DNA of 64,000 bases from Sedimentisphaerales bacterium (lineage in GTDB: Bacteria > Planctomycetota > Phycisphaerae > Sedimentisphaerales > SM23-30). The notes under the pieces are model-generated. The model ran no database searches and was not told the DNA's origin. It saw nothing but the letters and a program-made list of their open reading frames with translations. A program made the position numbers and the translations under genes. Location: NCBI GenBank assembly GCA_963666285.1, contig OY762711.1; one strand, given 5' to 3'. The first letter of the stretch is position 1. Every line of letters begins with the position of its first letter. Below are positions 10,720 through 22,192 of this stretch, piece after piece.

Positions 10720-11625
10720 TTAAATATTCTTCTCATCAAATGTTTCCAAGAAGCTATTTATCATCTTCTTCTGCTCATTATCTATTACCTGACTGCGATC
10801 TGCCATTATTTCGCTGCATATATTTTTACAGCTAAGTGCATACTTAAGCCCCATTAAATAATCAGGATTATAAACATGGCTTACAATAGATTCCACTATA
10901 GCTTGTAATCGCTGCACCTCAGACTTATTATTACTCACAGCAGCATTATAAAGTTTAACATAAAGTGACGGAAACAGATTTGCACCACCGGTAATACCAC
11001 CATCGGCACCCATTGGAACAGCACCTGCCACCAAGTGTTCATAACCCATCGAAACAGCCCAATCAGGTTTTAGCTTTTTCAGCTCAAGCGCTTCTTTAAA
11101 AAAGTCCATATTAGCGGAACTGTCTTTTATTCCTATAACATTTTTAAATCTTAATAATCTATTAATTACCTCGATTTTGAAAACAATATCGTCCTGACCC
11201 GGTCTGTTATAAAAACACACCGGCAATGGACATTGCTGTAAATACCCTTCACAATATGCAAGGTTTTCTTCCTGTGAAATTGGATAATATGGTGCAGCCA
11301 GAACCATACAGTCAACCTTATTATCCGACGAAACTTTCGTTAACTCAATTGCCTCATTTAATGGAGTATTAATAATTCCTACAAATACGGTTGTACGCCC
11401 ACCGGCATAACTGCAGGATTCTTCTATTATCCTGCATTTCCACTCATAACTCAGATCCGGGCATTCACCTGTTGTTCCAAGGATAAATATCCCGTCAACA
11501 CCTCCATCTATTACTCTATCAATTACCTTGCGAAGATCATTGATATCCGGTTCATCCGGTGTTTTCATTGGCGTTACAAGTGGTACTATTATCCCATCCA
11601 GCAATGTTTGCTTTTTCTTATTCAT
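10720..11625 (-). CDS. DHDPS/N-acetylneuraminate lyase family aldolase
   Basis: LGTTGE, YNRP and GIKDSS (Schiff-base Lys) motifs. Confidence 0.88.
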   Translation of the reverse strand: MNKKKQTLLDGIIVPLVTPMKTPDEPDINDLRKVIDRVIDGGVDGIFILGTTGECPDLSYEWKCRIIEESCSYAGGRTTVFVGIINTPLNEAIELTKVSSDNKVDCMVLAAPYYPISQEENLAYCEGYLQQCPLPVCFYNRPGQDDIVFKIEVINRLLRFKNVIGIKDSSANMDFFKEALELKKLKPDWAVSMGYEHLVAGAVPMGADGGITGGANLFPSLYVKLYNAAVSNNKSEVQRLQAIVESIVSHVYNPDYLMGLKYALSCKNICSEIMADRSQVIDNEQKKMINSFLETFDEKNI

Positions 11626-11833
11626 TATTATTATCCAATATCAGGTAAATCATTACATGTATTTATTTTTCGCTAATCGTCTGAAACATCCAAATATAAT
11701 ATACAGCCCCCTTAACCGGTTCATCTGCTCATGCCTCAGCATAAACATGCTCGACCAGTAATATTAAAGAATAATAACATATATTACTCTTTAACATTCC
11801 AGACACAATTCTCACTAATTAAACTGCCATCTC

Positions 11834-13414
11834 CTACTCAACCCTTTTGATTTGCAAAGCCATGTATTGCCTGCCCGGCAATTGAATCTTTGACTTATCC
11901 TTGTCAATATAGCTGTAACGATTAAATTTTTCAACTTCAAATACCTGCTCAATCGACGTTATGTTCATATTCCAGGTGTCAATCAAATCCGCACAAAACT
12001 TCATTCCCGGCTTCAGCTTTTCCTTTGGCAACTTAAACTGCCATTCTGTTATCGGGTCTTTACCAAAATAGATCAAATAATAACTGCCATACTGACCGCC
12101 AATATTGGTCTCAAATAACTGATCGATCGGATCCAGTCCTGCTGCCGGTCCGTCATTCACTATCTCTTTCAAAAACGCAATCCGCCTGGGACTAGTTCCA
12201 TGCAGTTGTCCACCCATTGATATCCAGGTATTTGTCGGGTCATCTGTTGTCTGCAAGACCTCACCGTGCGTTACATACGCCCCGCCGACATAAGCATTCC
12301 AGAATCGATACACCATCTGTTCACCGCTTAACTGGCCCCAGCGAGATTCAATATTACCTTCGTAATTAATCTCATCATGAACAACAGGCTTTTGATACAA
12401 ATCCCGCAGCATCGGCGAGATACCCGGCCAGCGAACTGCCATATAATACTGCAAACTTACATGTGTCACCCACGGCTTATTATAATCATAGGGCCTGTCA
12501 GCATTATGAATCGATCGCAAATGCCCATACAAATCACAGCTTTCAACAACCTGGAAAAGGTGATCCCAATCATCATCTGTCAAACTCTTTATATAGCTGT
12601 TTTCATTTGCCAGACTCCACCATATATTACGAAACGCGCCAAACCTCGCAACCACATACCTGACAAAACGCTCATTTGTTACCATATCAAGTGTATCAAA
12701 ACCCCATTTACCTTTATCGTAAGGACGAAATAATATCAGGTCAGTCTCAATCCCAATATCTTGCAGCTGCTTTATACATTCTTCCATATGCCGAAAAAAT
12801 TCAGGATCAAATCTGGAAAAATCCCAGTTCTCCTTCGAATCACCTATATAAGGAAAATGCTCGAGCCGCTCCGGCCCTTTAGCATATTTATCCCTGTAAT
12901 TCGGTACCAGCAGCATACGTACCTTATTAAAAGGTGAACTCTTCAAAGTTTCCAGCGTCTGCTGTCGAACATGCTCCGGTTGAAATGCCCATTCATATAA
13001 TGTTGTACCAAAAACAAAAAATGGTGTCCCATCTTCATAACCAAAATGATACTGGTTTCGTATCCGAACCGGCCCGTGATTATCCGCAGATGGTTTAACA
13101 CAAGTAAATTCACCAACCTTATCATTCAATGCCTCTCGATTACTCTTTGTCCGGTAGGTCCATAATCCTTCTTTGCCAGGCATAAATCGTACCCGATAGA
13201 CTCCATCGCCATCGTAAAAACCTTCCTGTTCGACTTGCGTTTCGTCATTTTCGAACACAGCACTAAACCGTACCCCAATAAACGGATTCCCCCCTGTCGG
13301 TCCGTTCAATGAAAGTTCGAAATAATCCCATCTCTCAACTGTATCTGAAGCAAAACAAACACAATTCAGAATAAACAGTGCAATAAATGCCAAAACTTTT
13401 TTTATCATCAACAT
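11834..13414 (-). CDS. secreted DUF5060/DUF4038/DUF5605 glycoside hydrolase-like protein (apiosidase-like)
   Basis: Signal peptide; VERWDYFE, GFYDGDGVYRVRFMP, WSLANE, HDEINYEGN, IDTWNM. Confidence 0.75.
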   Translation of the reverse strand: MLMIKKVLAFIALFILNCVCFASDTVERWDYFELSLNGPTGGNPFIGVRFSAVFENDETQVEQEGFYDGDGVYRVRFMPGKEGLWTYRTKSNREALNDKVGEFTCVKPSADNHGPVRIRNQYHFGYEDGTPFFVFGTTLYEWAFQPEHVRQQTLETLKSSPFNKVRMLLVPNYRDKYAKGPERLEHFPYIGDSKENWDFSRFDPEFFRHMEECIKQLQDIGIETDLILFRPYDKGKWGFDTLDMVTNERFVRYVVARFGAFRNIWWSLANENSYIKSLTDDDWDHLFQVVESCDLYGHLRSIHNADRPYDYNKPWVTHVSLQYYMAVRWPGISPMLRDLYQKPVVHDEINYEGNIESRWGQLSGEQMVYRFWNAYVGGAYVTHGEVLQTTDDPTNTWISMGGQLHGTSPRRIAFLKEIVNDGPAAGLDPIDQLFETNIGGQYGSYYLIYFGKDPITEWQFKLPKEKLKPGMKFCADLIDTWNMNITSIEQVFEVEKFNRYSYIDKDKSKIQLPGRQYMALQIKRVE

Positions 13415-13436
13415 ACCTCCTATAAATAAGCGATGA

Positions 13437-14591
13437 TCATCTTGATCCTAATTTTCTTCGGTATTCAATTGGGGTCATTCCAGTTTCTTTTTTGAATATC
13501 CTGGAAACATGCTTAATATCATCAAATTCCATTCTATACCCAATCTGTTGAATCGTAAAGTTTGTATTTAATAACTGCCTGCACATCTCAGCGATTCTTT
13601 CTCTGTGGATCTCCTGGCTGATACTTCGGTTTAGCACTTTTCGAAAACGTAACTGTAATGCCCTGAGAGATAACAAAGAGTTTTTATGTACATCCGTAAC
13701 TGTAATTGCTCGCCTGGCATTATTCCTTACAAAATTCACTGCATTAGCAACCTCAATATCTTCTATCTCCAGAATATCCGTTGAAGCCCGGCACACTATT
13801 TCTGTCGGGCGGCAGCAAAGCTCTGATATATCAGACACCTCTCGTTTCGACAACATCCCATCTATGGTCTCTGCAGCATTAAAGCCAACCGTTTCGAAAT
13901 TCATCTGGATACTACTCAAAGGCGGATTTGTCAGAGTACATATCATTTCATCATTGTCAACACCAACGATTGCAACTTGATTCGGTATCTTAAACTTACA
14001 TTCTACACAGGCTTCTATTAATTCGGCTGCCCTCTCATCATTGCACGCCATTATCGCAATTGGAAACTTCAAAGTTTTGAGCCACTGAACCAGAATTTCG
14101 CCTGTCGCCTTTTCTGGTGCTACCGAAAGGCCAAAGCCTGCTGAACGTATGACCTTGGAAAATGACTCCTGACGACTTGTGTTCCAATGAAAATTCATAC
14201 CACAATATCCAAAACTCTTGAATCCCAAACCAATAAGATATTCGGCTGCCATAGAACCGGTTTTTTCATCCTGAGCTATATTAATCATACCTTCTACCCG
14301 ACTTGAAACCGGCAGAATTACCGCTGGAAATCCGCAGGAACGAATCTTTTCTACTAATATTTCATCATCAGGAAGATATCCTATTAAACCATCAGCATCA
14401 AGAGTTTCCAGCTTGTGCCATATCTCATCATTTGATGATTGACCGGCAAAAGTCAGCCTTTGAAATAACGGACTTAATCGATAAAAAGTCCATTCACCCC
14501 GAAGATTAGAATAATTTACGATTCCACGAATTAACCCCCTGTCAGCTGAACGGGAACTATCAAGCATTAATATTATTTTGCGTTTTTTCAT
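13437..14591 (-). CDS. XylR-type regulator (LacI-like sensor + AraC HTH)
   Basis: ACNDERA and GVDND...PPLSSI motifs; C-terminal FKKETGMTPIEYR. Confidence 0.9.
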   Translation of the reverse strand: MKKRKIILMLDSSRSADRGLIRGIVNYSNLRGEWTFYRLSPLFQRLTFAGQSSNDEIWHKLETLDADGLIGYLPDDEILVEKIRSCGFPAVILPVSSRVEGMINIAQDEKTGSMAAEYLIGLGFKSFGYCGMNFHWNTSRQESFSKVIRSAGFGLSVAPEKATGEILVQWLKTLKFPIAIMACNDERAAELIEACVECKFKIPNQVAIVGVDNDEMICTLTNPPLSSIQMNFETVGFNAAETIDGMLSKREVSDISELCCRPTEIVCRASTDILEIEDIEVANAVNFVRNNARRAITVTDVHKNSLLSLRALQLRFRKVLNRSISQEIHRERIAEMCRQLLNTNFTIQQIGYRMEFDDIKHVSRIFKKETGMTPIEYRRKLGSR

Positions 14592-14657
14592 TCTGTAATC
14601 TCATAAAATACCTTAATTTATATAGTATACCTTTTGATTTATATTATGCAATTACAT

Positions 14658-14694
14658 TGCGCATATTGGCGTTATTTATGCGCGTATTGGCGTT
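14658..14694. promoter_or_regulatory. candidate XylR/AraC operator: 16-bp direct repeat with 21-bp period
   Basis: TGCGCATATTGGCGTT (14658-14673) and TGCGCGTATTGGCGTT (14679-14694) in the divergent regulator/AKR gap. Confidence 0.65.
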
Positions 14695-14728
14695 CGCTTA
14701 AATATAAATTATTGTAATATATAATCTT

Positions 14729-15787
14729 ATGAAACACTCTCAACATTTTCCTCCTGGAGTTCCTATGACACATAACTCTGAATCCAGCGAAACAATTATT
14801 GACCCGTCTAAAGTACCTTGCCATTTTCTTAACAGCGGCACCGGGATTCCTGCCATCGGTCTCGGTACTTTTGGCTCTGATCATATATCTGCCCAGACAA
14901 TAGCAGAAACAGTTAATAATGCCATAGCTTTTGGCTATCGCCACATCGACTGCGCTTCGGTATACGGCAACGAAAAAGAAATAGGTAATGTACTTGGTAA
15001 TATTATTTCATCAGGTAATGTCCGACGAGAAGAGTTGTGGATCACTTCCAAAGCGTGGAACGATATGCATAATAATATAGTCGCTTCCTGCAAACAGAGT
15101 CTGAGCGATCTGCAGCTGGATTATCTTGACCTGTATTTGATTCACTGGCCGTTCCCAAATTATCATGCACCGGGTTGCGATGTTTCATCACGCAATCCAA
15201 ACTCTAAACCATACATCCATGAGAATTTCATGCATACCTGGCACCAGATGCAGCAGCTCAAAAAAGAAGGACTTGTCAAACATATCGGTACTTCAAATAT
15301 GACAATACCAAAACTTAAATTGCTTTTGAAAGATTGTGAAATAGCTCCGGCATGCAATGAAATGGAACTTCATCCCCACTTCCAGCAACAGGAACTATTT
15401 GATTACTGTATAGAAAATAATATTTTACCAATCGGATATTGTCCTATTGGTTCACCCGGCCGACCAGATAGAGACCGTACACCCGAAGATACTGTTGATA
15501 TGGAAGATCCGGCCATTAAAGCAATCGCTGAAAAACATAATATTCATCCTGCTTCCGTATGTATAAAGTGGGCAATCCAACGAGGGCAAATTCCAATACC
15601 ATTCTCTGTTAACAATTATAAATCAAATCTGATCGCTTCTGTTAGCGAACCTTTAACACGGGAAGAAATGGAACAAATTTCCAGGATTGATAAAAACTGT
15701 CGACTCATCAAAGGGCAGGTTTTTCTTTGGAAAGACAATCAGAGCTGGGAAGACCTTTGGGATCTGGACGGAAACATTAAGCAATAA
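14729..15787 (+). CDS. aldo/keto reductase
   Basis: IGLGTFG, HIDCASVYGNE, DLYLIHWP, IGTSN; start may be the second Met. Confidence 0.92.
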   Translation: MKHSQHFPPGVPMTHNSESSETIIDPSKVPCHFLNSGTGIPAIGLGTFGSDHISAQTIAETVNNAIAFGYRHIDCASVYGNEKEIGNVLGNIISSGNVRREELWITSKAWNDMHNNIVASCKQSLSDLQLDYLDLYLIHWPFPNYHAPGCDVSSRNPNSKPYIHENFMHTWHQMQQLKKEGLVKHIGTSNMTIPKLKLLLKDCEIAPACNEMELHPHFQQQELFDYCIENNILPIGYCPIGSPGRPDRDRTPEDTVDMEDPAIKAIAEKHNIHPASVCIKWAIQRGQIPIPFSVNNYKSNLIASVSEPLTREEMEQISRIDKNCRLIKGQVFLWKDNQSWEDLWDLDGNIKQ

Positions 15788-15851
15788 CACTTTGCGTTTT
15801 ATGATTGAAGACTAACGCTATTGAACTTTTGTAAAGAAATCGAGCTAAAAA

Positions 15852-16916
15852 ATGAAAATAATGACAGGCGCTATTTTACCCGGCAACAGCACCGTTGAAT
15901 TAAAGGATTTTAAAATACCAGTACCAGGCTACGGCGAAGTTTTAATAAAAATGAAGTCATCTACCATATGCGGTTCTGATATTCGGTGTATTTATCACGA
16001 ACATCTTGGCAAAGGCCCGGAAGGATATCAACCGGGAATGATTGCCGGGCATGAACCGTCCGGTCAGATTGTCCAAACTGGCCCAGGATGCCGAAAGTTT
16101 ACCAGCGGTGATCGCGTTATAATCTACCACATTTCCGGCTGTGGTCTATGCAATGACTGCCGTAGAGGTTATATGATTTCCTGCTCCAGTGATAAATATC
16201 GCCGCGCTTATGGCTGGCAGCGCGATGGAGGAATGGCAGAATATATACTCGCCGAGGAAAAAGATCTCGTCCTGCTACCAAATCAGTTAAACTATAGCGA
16301 CGGTGCCCAAGTCGCATGTGGGTTTGGAACGGCCTACGAGGGTCTGGAAAAAATTGGTATCTGTGGTAATGATGCGGTTTTAATTACCGGACTTGGGCCT
16401 GTCGGACTTGCAACTGCTATGCTGGCCAAGGCTATGGGTGCACAAAAAATTATCGGTGTAGAAGTAATCGATGAAAGAATTAAAATCGCACAAAAATTAG
16501 CTCTCTTTGACAATGTTATTAAGGCCAACCCCGATAACGTGGAAGAGATCAAAAGTTTAACCGGAAATATGGGCGTCGAAAAATCTGTCGACTGTTCTGC
16601 TAATGAAAAAGCCAGGCTTACCTGCATTCAGGCTACTCGTAAATGGGGTAGTATTGTTTTCCTAGGCGAAGGAGGTACCTGCTTATTCCAGCCTTCTCCA
16701 GATATTATACATGACCAAAAAACAATTTACGGTTCTTGGGTTACGAATATCTGGCGTATGGAAGAACTGGTCGAACGTATTGTTCGATGGGGCATCCGGC
16801 CGGAGCTACTTATTACCCATAGGTTCACCCTTGATAACGTTTCAGATGCTTATGAATTAATGGCAAGCGGCCAATGTGGGAAAGTGGCTGTTGTATTTGA
16901 TGAAGAAACTAAATAA
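15852..16916 (+). CDS. zinc-dependent alcohol/polyol dehydrogenase
   Basis: ICGSD, GHE, structural Zn Cys cluster CGLCNDC...C, GLGPVG. Confidence 0.92.
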   Translation: MKIMTGAILPGNSTVELKDFKIPVPGYGEVLIKMKSSTICGSDIRCIYHEHLGKGPEGYQPGMIAGHEPSGQIVQTGPGCRKFTSGDRVIIYHISGCGLCNDCRRGYMISCSSDKYRRAYGWQRDGGMAEYILAEEKDLVLLPNQLNYSDGAQVACGFGTAYEGLEKIGICGNDAVLITGLGPVGLATAMLAKAMGAQKIIGVEVIDERIKIAQKLALFDNVIKANPDNVEEIKSLTGNMGVEKSVDCSANEKARLTCIQATRKWGSIVFLGEGGTCLFQPSPDIIHDQKTIYGSWVTNIWRMEELVERIVRWGIRPELLITHRFTLDNVSDAYELMASGQCGKVAVVFDEETK

Positions 16917-16943
16917 CTTTTTGTTTTTTATTAAGGTATACCA

Positions 16944-18848
16944 ATGAAGCTTATATCTTCCGCTTTAATATTATCTTTATTTCTTTTAGTTTGCTTTAGT
17001 AATGCTGAAGAAAAGTTCAAACCAGCTTGGGAGTCTCTGGCTACACACAATGAAGAACCGGAATGGCTCAAGGATGCAAAACTAGGTATATATTTTCATT
17101 GGGGTATATATTCGGTTCCGGCATATTCATCCGAATGGTACCCTCGAAACATGCACCTAAACCACCCGGCTAATAAGTACCATATCAAAACATATGGTGA
17201 TCCTACGGTATTTGGATATCATGATTTTGTTCCCTTATTCAAGGTAGAAAAGTTTGACGCCGAAGAGTGGGCAAAACTGTTTAAGGATGCTGGTGCGAAA
17301 TTCGCCGGACCGGTTTGTGAGCATCATGACGGCTTTTCAATGTGGGATAGTAAATTCACTCCCTGGAATTCGATGAACAAAGGGCCAAAACGTGACATCA
17401 CCGGAGAACTGGCAAAAGCTATTCGTAAATATGATATGAAATTAATAACAACATTTCATCATGCCCGCAACAATCTTTGGAAAAAAGGCAATACCTGGAC
17501 TGGGCATTACGATGGTATAATGAAAAATTACCCATCTTTACTGGAAAATCCAGAAAATGCCATTCTATATGGTTATATGCCTAGAGATAAGTTTGTGAAA
17601 ATGTGGCTCAATAAGCTGGAAGAAGTTATCGATAACTACCAGCCTGACATTATCTGGTTTGACAGCTGGCTGGATGAGATTCCTGAAAATACCAGGCAGG
17701 AATTTTGCGCTTACTATTTAAATCAGGCAAACAAGTGGGGTGAAGATGTTGCTATTATTCGTAAACAGAACGATCTGCCGCTTAGTGTTAGTATAAACGA
17801 TCATGAAAAATCTCGCGAACCAAAAGCACTTCCTAAATTGTGGATGACCGATGATACTATCAGCACAGGCAGCTGGTGTTATACTAATAATCTTAAAATT
17901 AAGTCATTACACAAAGTTGTTCATTCGATTATTGACACCGTTTCGAAAAATGGAGTTATTCTGCTGAATATTTCTCCTATGGCTGATGGTTCTATTCCAG
18001 AAGACCAGAAAAATGTCTTGTATGGCCTGGGTAATTGGTTAAAGATCAACGGTGAAGCTATTTACAATACCAGGCCATGGAAAATAGCCGGACAAGGCCC
18101 AACAACTGAACCTGCCGGTGGATTCAGTAAGGCTAATGAATTTCTTAACCTTGAATACACTTCTGATGACATCCGGTTCACCTGCAGCAAAGATGAAAAA
18201 ACTCTTTATGCTATCTGTATGGGGTGGCCCGAAACGCCTTTACTTCTGGATACTATCAAAGTTGTTAATAAAGAAAGCTATGCAGATGTTCAGTTACTTG
18301 GCAATAATATAAAACCCGATTACACGATTGAAACTGATGGTTCATTACTGATCAATACTCCTAAACTGCATAAAAATGAACTTCCTTGGGATTCTGCATA
18401 CGTTTTCAAATTAACAGGCTTCAAATTTGATGTGAATCCTTTTGGTGTGCCTGAAGCGGTTACCTTAAAAGCAGAAGATGCTGTTTTAGATGGCCGACAG
18501 ATTGCTTGCGAAGAAGCAATTAAAGGCCGCAAAAATATTGGAGTTTGGAATGATAATTCAGATACAATCCATTGGCTGGTTCGCATAGCAAATCCTGGCA
18601 AATATCAACTACGAGGCGAATTTGCTTCTGCTGCCGGTGAAGGATCACTCAAATTACAGATTGCAGAACAATCAGTATTTTTCAATATCCCTGCAACTAA
18701 AAATTGGGCAGACGGCAAAATGGTTGAAATCGGCCGCGTAAATTTTCATAAAGCAGGTATTTATCACTTGATTCTCTCAACTGATAAATCCAAATCTCAT
18801 AAACCGGTAAATGTCTGGCAAATTCAGTTTGCTCCGGCAGACAAATAA
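16944..18848 (+). CDS. GH29 alpha-L-fucosidase with C-terminal CBM-like domain
   Basis: Signal peptide; KLGIYFHWGIYSVPA, EHHDGFSMWDS, IIWFD, VSKNG, NGEAIYNTRPW. Confidence 0.93.
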   Translation: MKLISSALILSLFLLVCFSNAEEKFKPAWESLATHNEEPEWLKDAKLGIYFHWGIYSVPAYSSEWYPRNMHLNHPANKYHIKTYGDPTVFGYHDFVPLFKVEKFDAEEWAKLFKDAGAKFAGPVCEHHDGFSMWDSKFTPWNSMNKGPKRDITGELAKAIRKYDMKLITTFHHARNNLWKKGNTWTGHYDGIMKNYPSLLENPENAILYGYMPRDKFVKMWLNKLEEVIDNYQPDIIWFDSWLDEIPENTRQEFCAYYLNQANKWGEDVAIIRKQNDLPLSVSINDHEKSREPKALPKLWMTDDTISTGSWCYTNNLKIKSLHKVVHSIIDTVSKNGVILLNISPMADGSIPEDQKNVLYGLGNWLKINGEAIYNTRPWKIAGQGPTTEPAGGFSKANEFLNLEYTSDDIRFTCSKDEKTLYAICMGWPETPLLLDTIKVVNKESYADVQLLGNNIKPDYTIETDGSLLINTPKLHKNELPWDSAYVFKLTGFKFDVNPFGVPEAVTLKAEDAVLDGRQIACEEAIKGRKNIGVWNDNSDTIHWLVRIANPGKYQLRGEFASAAGEGSLKLQIAEQSVFFNIPATKNWADGKMVEIGRVNFHKAGIYHLILSTDKSKSHKPVNVWQIQFAPADK

Positions 18849-18888
18849 ATAACCACAATATTAATTCAGTTAAGGAAAAATATAACTC

Positions 18889-21357
18889 ATGTTGAAAATT
18901 AAATTAATATCATTTTTCGTGATATCTTGTATGCTATGCTGTGCTGCTTTCGCCAACGATATGAATCTCTGGTATGATAAACCCGCCCAGGCATGGGTAG
19001 AAGCTCTGCCGATTGGTAATGGAAATCTGGGAGCAATGATATTCGGCGGCACATCCAAGGAACAGCTCCAGCTTAACGAAGAAACTATATGGTCCGGAGA
19101 GCCGGGAAATAATATCCCCAAAGGCTTCAATGAAATACTTGAAGATACTCGTAAACTAATCTTTAACGGCAAATACAAACAGGCTGAAGAACTTATAATG
19201 ACACGGTTCCCCAGACATGTCGCAGAAGACAATAACTACGGTATGCCTTACCAGACAGCAGGAGACTTATATATTGAATTTCCCGGCCATGATCATGTTG
19301 AAAATTATCGGCGCGATCTTAATATCCAAAATGCTGTAAGCTCTGTGGCCTATTCAATCAATGGCATTTCATTCAAACGCGAATATTTCGCCTCACTGAC
19401 AGATCATGTGATATACGTTCGGCTAACCGCCGATAAACCTGGGCAGATAAATTGTAACCTTTCCTTAACCTCTCCACACGATAGTAAACAATTGAATATT
19501 GAAAATGGAATTTTATCTTTAACTGCTATGTCAGGTAATAATGAAAATAAACAAGGTAAGGTAAAATTTGAAATCCAGGTCTGCTCAAAACTCGACGGAG
19601 GTCATATCTCTCATTCAAATTCACAACTAAGTATTAATAATGCTGATGCAGTTACCTTCATTCTTTCTATAGCTACTAATTTCGTTAAATATAATGACAT
19701 CTCGGCAGACCAGCATCAGCGAGTATCACAGTATATTAACGATGCCGGTAAAAAAACATTTGTGCAGGCCAGGGCTGAACATATAAAAAAATACAGACAG
19801 TATTTCGATCGCGTCTCCTTGGATCTTGGTATTTCTGATTCAATTAATAAGCCTACCGATATCAGAATAAACGAGTTCGCCTCCAGCAATGACCCGCAGC
19901 TTGTGTCTTTATATTTCCAGTTTGGTCGCTATCTGCTAATTTCATGCTCTCAACCTGGCGGCCAGCCGGCTACCCTCCAGGGTATCTGGAATCGACATAT
20001 GAATCCACCATGGGACTGTAAATACACTATTAATATAAATACCGAAATGAACTACTGGCCGGCTGAAGTAACCAACCTGTCAGAGATGCACGAGCCGCTT
20101 TTTTCCATGCTCGAAGATCTATCACACACAGGACAGGATTCTGCAAAACAAATGTATAACGCACGTGGGTGGGTCGCACATCATAACACTGACCTCTGGC
20201 GCATTACCGGACCCGTTGATGGTGCTTTTTACGGCATGTGGCCTATGGGTGGGGCCTGGCTCTCAACCCATCTTTGGCAGCATTATTTATATTCTGGCGA
20301 TAAAGACTTTTTGAAAAAGGTATATCCAATATTAAAAGGAGTGTCTTTATTTTACGTTGATGTCCTGCAGGAAGAATCAACCCATAAATGGCTGGTTGTT
20401 TGTCCAAGTATGTCACCGGAAAATCGTCATCCGGGCGGAACCTCTATTAACGCCGGCTGTACAATGGATAATCAGATCGTATTTGATACTTTCTCAAATA
20501 CCATGCAAGCTGCCAAAATACTAAATATTGATAGTGATTTTGCCAAACAACTTGAAGAAAAAATTGACAGGCTTCCTCCAATGCATATCGGCCAACATAC
20601 CCAGTTGCAGGAATGGCTGCAGGATTGGGACAAAACAAATGATCATCATCGTCATATCTCCCATCTTTATGGGCTGCATCCGAGCAATCAGGTTTCTCCT
20701 TACAGCAATCCTGAACTGTTTGAAGCGGCACGTAATACACTGGTATACCGTGGGGATATCAGTACCGGTTGGTCAATGGGATGGAAAGTTAATTTCTGGG
20801 CCAGACTCCTTGACGGCAATCGTGCCTATAAACTCATCCAAAACCAGTTAAGCCCTGCTCCCGTAAGCGAACAAGGCGGCAGCGGCGGTACATATCCAAA
20901 CTTTTTCGACGCACATCCTCCATTCCAGATAGATGGTAACTTTGGCTGCACAGCAGGCATCGCGGAGATGCTCATGCAGAGTCATGACGGTGCTATACAT
21001 CTGCTGCCTGCCTTGCCAGATGCATGGGCTGACAGTGGAACAGTTAGCGGACTGCGTGCTAGAGGTGGCTTTGAAATTAGTATGACCTGGAAAAATAGAC
21101 TGGTAAATCAATTAACAATAACATCACTCCTGGGCGGCAACTGCCGTTTACGTCTACCCAATTCAATATCAGGTAATGCTTCTTTATCGAAAATATCACT
21201 GGATATGCCGAATCCAAATCCTTTCTTTAACACTGCCAATATCAAACAGCCTGTTATAAGTGAAAAAGCTTCTCTTAATGGTATTACATTGCCTGAAACA
21301 TTTGTTTATGATTTCCAAACCGAAAAAGGAAAAACTTATACTTTTATGAATAAATGA
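18889..21357 (+). CDS. GH95 alpha-1,2-L-fucosidase / alpha-L-galactosidase
   Basis: [45 protein letters not shown]. Confidence 0.95.
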   Translation: MLKIKLISFFVISCMLCCAAFANDMNLWYDKPAQAWVEALPIGNGNLGAMIFGGTSKEQLQLNEETIWSGEPGNNIPKGFNEILEDTRKLIFNGKYKQAEELIMTRFPRHVAEDNNYGMPYQTAGDLYIEFPGHDHVENYRRDLNIQNAVSSVAYSINGISFKREYFASLTDHVIYVRLTADKPGQINCNLSLTSPHDSKQLNIENGILSLTAMSGNNENKQGKVKFEIQVCSKLDGGHISHSNSQLSINNADAVTFILSIATNFVKYNDISADQHQRVSQYINDAGKKTFVQARAEHIKKYRQYFDRVSLDLGISDSINKPTDIRINEFASSNDPQLVSLYFQFGRYLLISCSQPGGQPATLQGIWNRHMNPPWDCKYTININTEMNYWPAEVTNLSEMHEPLFSMLEDLSHTGQDSAKQMYNARGWVAHHNTDLWRITGPVDGAFYGMWPMGGAWLSTHLWQHYLYSGDKDFLKKVYPILKGVSLFYVDVLQEESTHKWLVVCPSMSPENRHPGGTSINAGCTMDNQIVFDTFSNTMQAAKILNIDSDFAKQLEEKIDRLPPMHIGQHTQLQEWLQDWDKTNDHHRHISHLYGLHPSNQVSPYSNPELFEAARNTLVYRGDISTGWSMGWKVNFWARLLDGNRAYKLIQNQLSPAPVSEQGGSGGTYPNFFDAHPPFQIDGNFGCTAGIAEMLMQSHDGAIHLLPALPDAWADSGTVSGLRARGGFEISMTWKNRLVNQLTITSLLGGNCRLRLPNSISGNASLSKISLDMPNPNPFFNTANIKQPVISEKASLNGITLPETFVYDFQTEKGKTYTFMNK

Positions 21358-21424
21358 TATAATTCTGCCATATTATAAAAATATCGTTCGAATAAATAAT
21401 CTCTATATTCCAGAAATTATTTAC

Positions 21425-21464
21425 AAAAAAACAAGCCGGGGCTTTTGGCCTCGGCTTATTTTTT
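21425..21464. terminator. bidirectional terminator between the GH95 gene and hsp20
   Basis: AAGCCGGGGC-TTTT-GGCCTCGGCTT flanked by A- and T-runs. Confidence 0.7.
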
Positions 21465-21522
21465 GGACTAAGGAAGTCTGCAATTCAAGACTTCTTATTT
21501 TCAGAAATAGGAATCTATATAA

Positions 21523-21963
21523 TTATTTAATTGTAATTGTCTGTGGTTTCTTCTCCGGCGGCACGTCCATTTTGATCTTTAGTACACCATCTGTATATTC
21601 GGCATGAATTTTATCCTGCTGAATATTATGAGGCAGTTTTACTGAACGTGAGAAGCTCTGATGGCGTCTTTCCCTGACATAATAGCTGCCGTCCTTCTTT
21701 TCATTTGTATCTTCCTTGTGTTCGGCTGAAATGTTTAAAACACCATCTTCAATTGTCAAATTGATTTCATCCTTGTTGAAACCCGGCAGATCACAATCAA
21801 CATGAATCGCATCTTTGTCTTCATATAAATCCATGCTGCCAATCATGTTTGTCCATTGAGTCTGGCCGCTCCAGAATCCATTCAAAAATTCATCAAAATC
21901 TTCAAACAGGTCTCTTTTTCTTGTTAATGCTGAATTATTATTTTTTCTCATTACAGGTAACAT
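21523..21963 (-). CDS. Hsp20/alpha-crystallin small heat-shock protein
   Basis: DLPGF, ERRHQSFSRSVKLP, AEYTDGVLKI, I-x-I tail; GGAGG RBS before ATG at 21963. Confidence 0.93.
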   Translation of the reverse strand: MLPVMRKNNNSALTRKRDLFEDFDEFLNGFWSGQTQWTNMIGSMDLYEDKDAIHVDCDLPGFNKDEINLTIEDGVLNISAEHKEDTNEKKDGSYYVRERRHQSFSRSVKLPHNIQQDKIHAEYTDGVLKIKMDVPPEKKPQTITIK

Positions 21964-22106
21964 AGTTGCACCTCCGTTTAGTTTCCAAAGTGTGTTCATT
22001 TTTACTCCATACTATACTTTTTACATTTTGTTTTTTTGTTTTGGCTGATCGTCACCAGCCAGTCCAAAGGCCTTTGAAAACTTTTTATTACTCGTTAATA
22101 CTACAT

Positions 22107-22122
22107 TGCAAGTGCTGTGCCA
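22107..22122 (-). promoter_or_regulatory. sigma54 (-24/-12) promoter of hsp20
   Basis: Minus strand TGGCAC-AGCAC-TTGCA, an exact match to TGGCAC-N5-TTGC. Confidence 0.8.
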
Positions 22123-22192
22123 AACTCCAACAGCACACATAACTGACTGTAAAAACAAGCCTTACACAAAATACCGCCTTAATAATAATTTA

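Noticed and set aside
11640..11800. Possible signal-peptide gene remnant on the minus strand (MLKSNICYYSLILLVEHVYAEA*)
   Set aside because: Too short and interrupted, with no recognisable family; cannot be supported.
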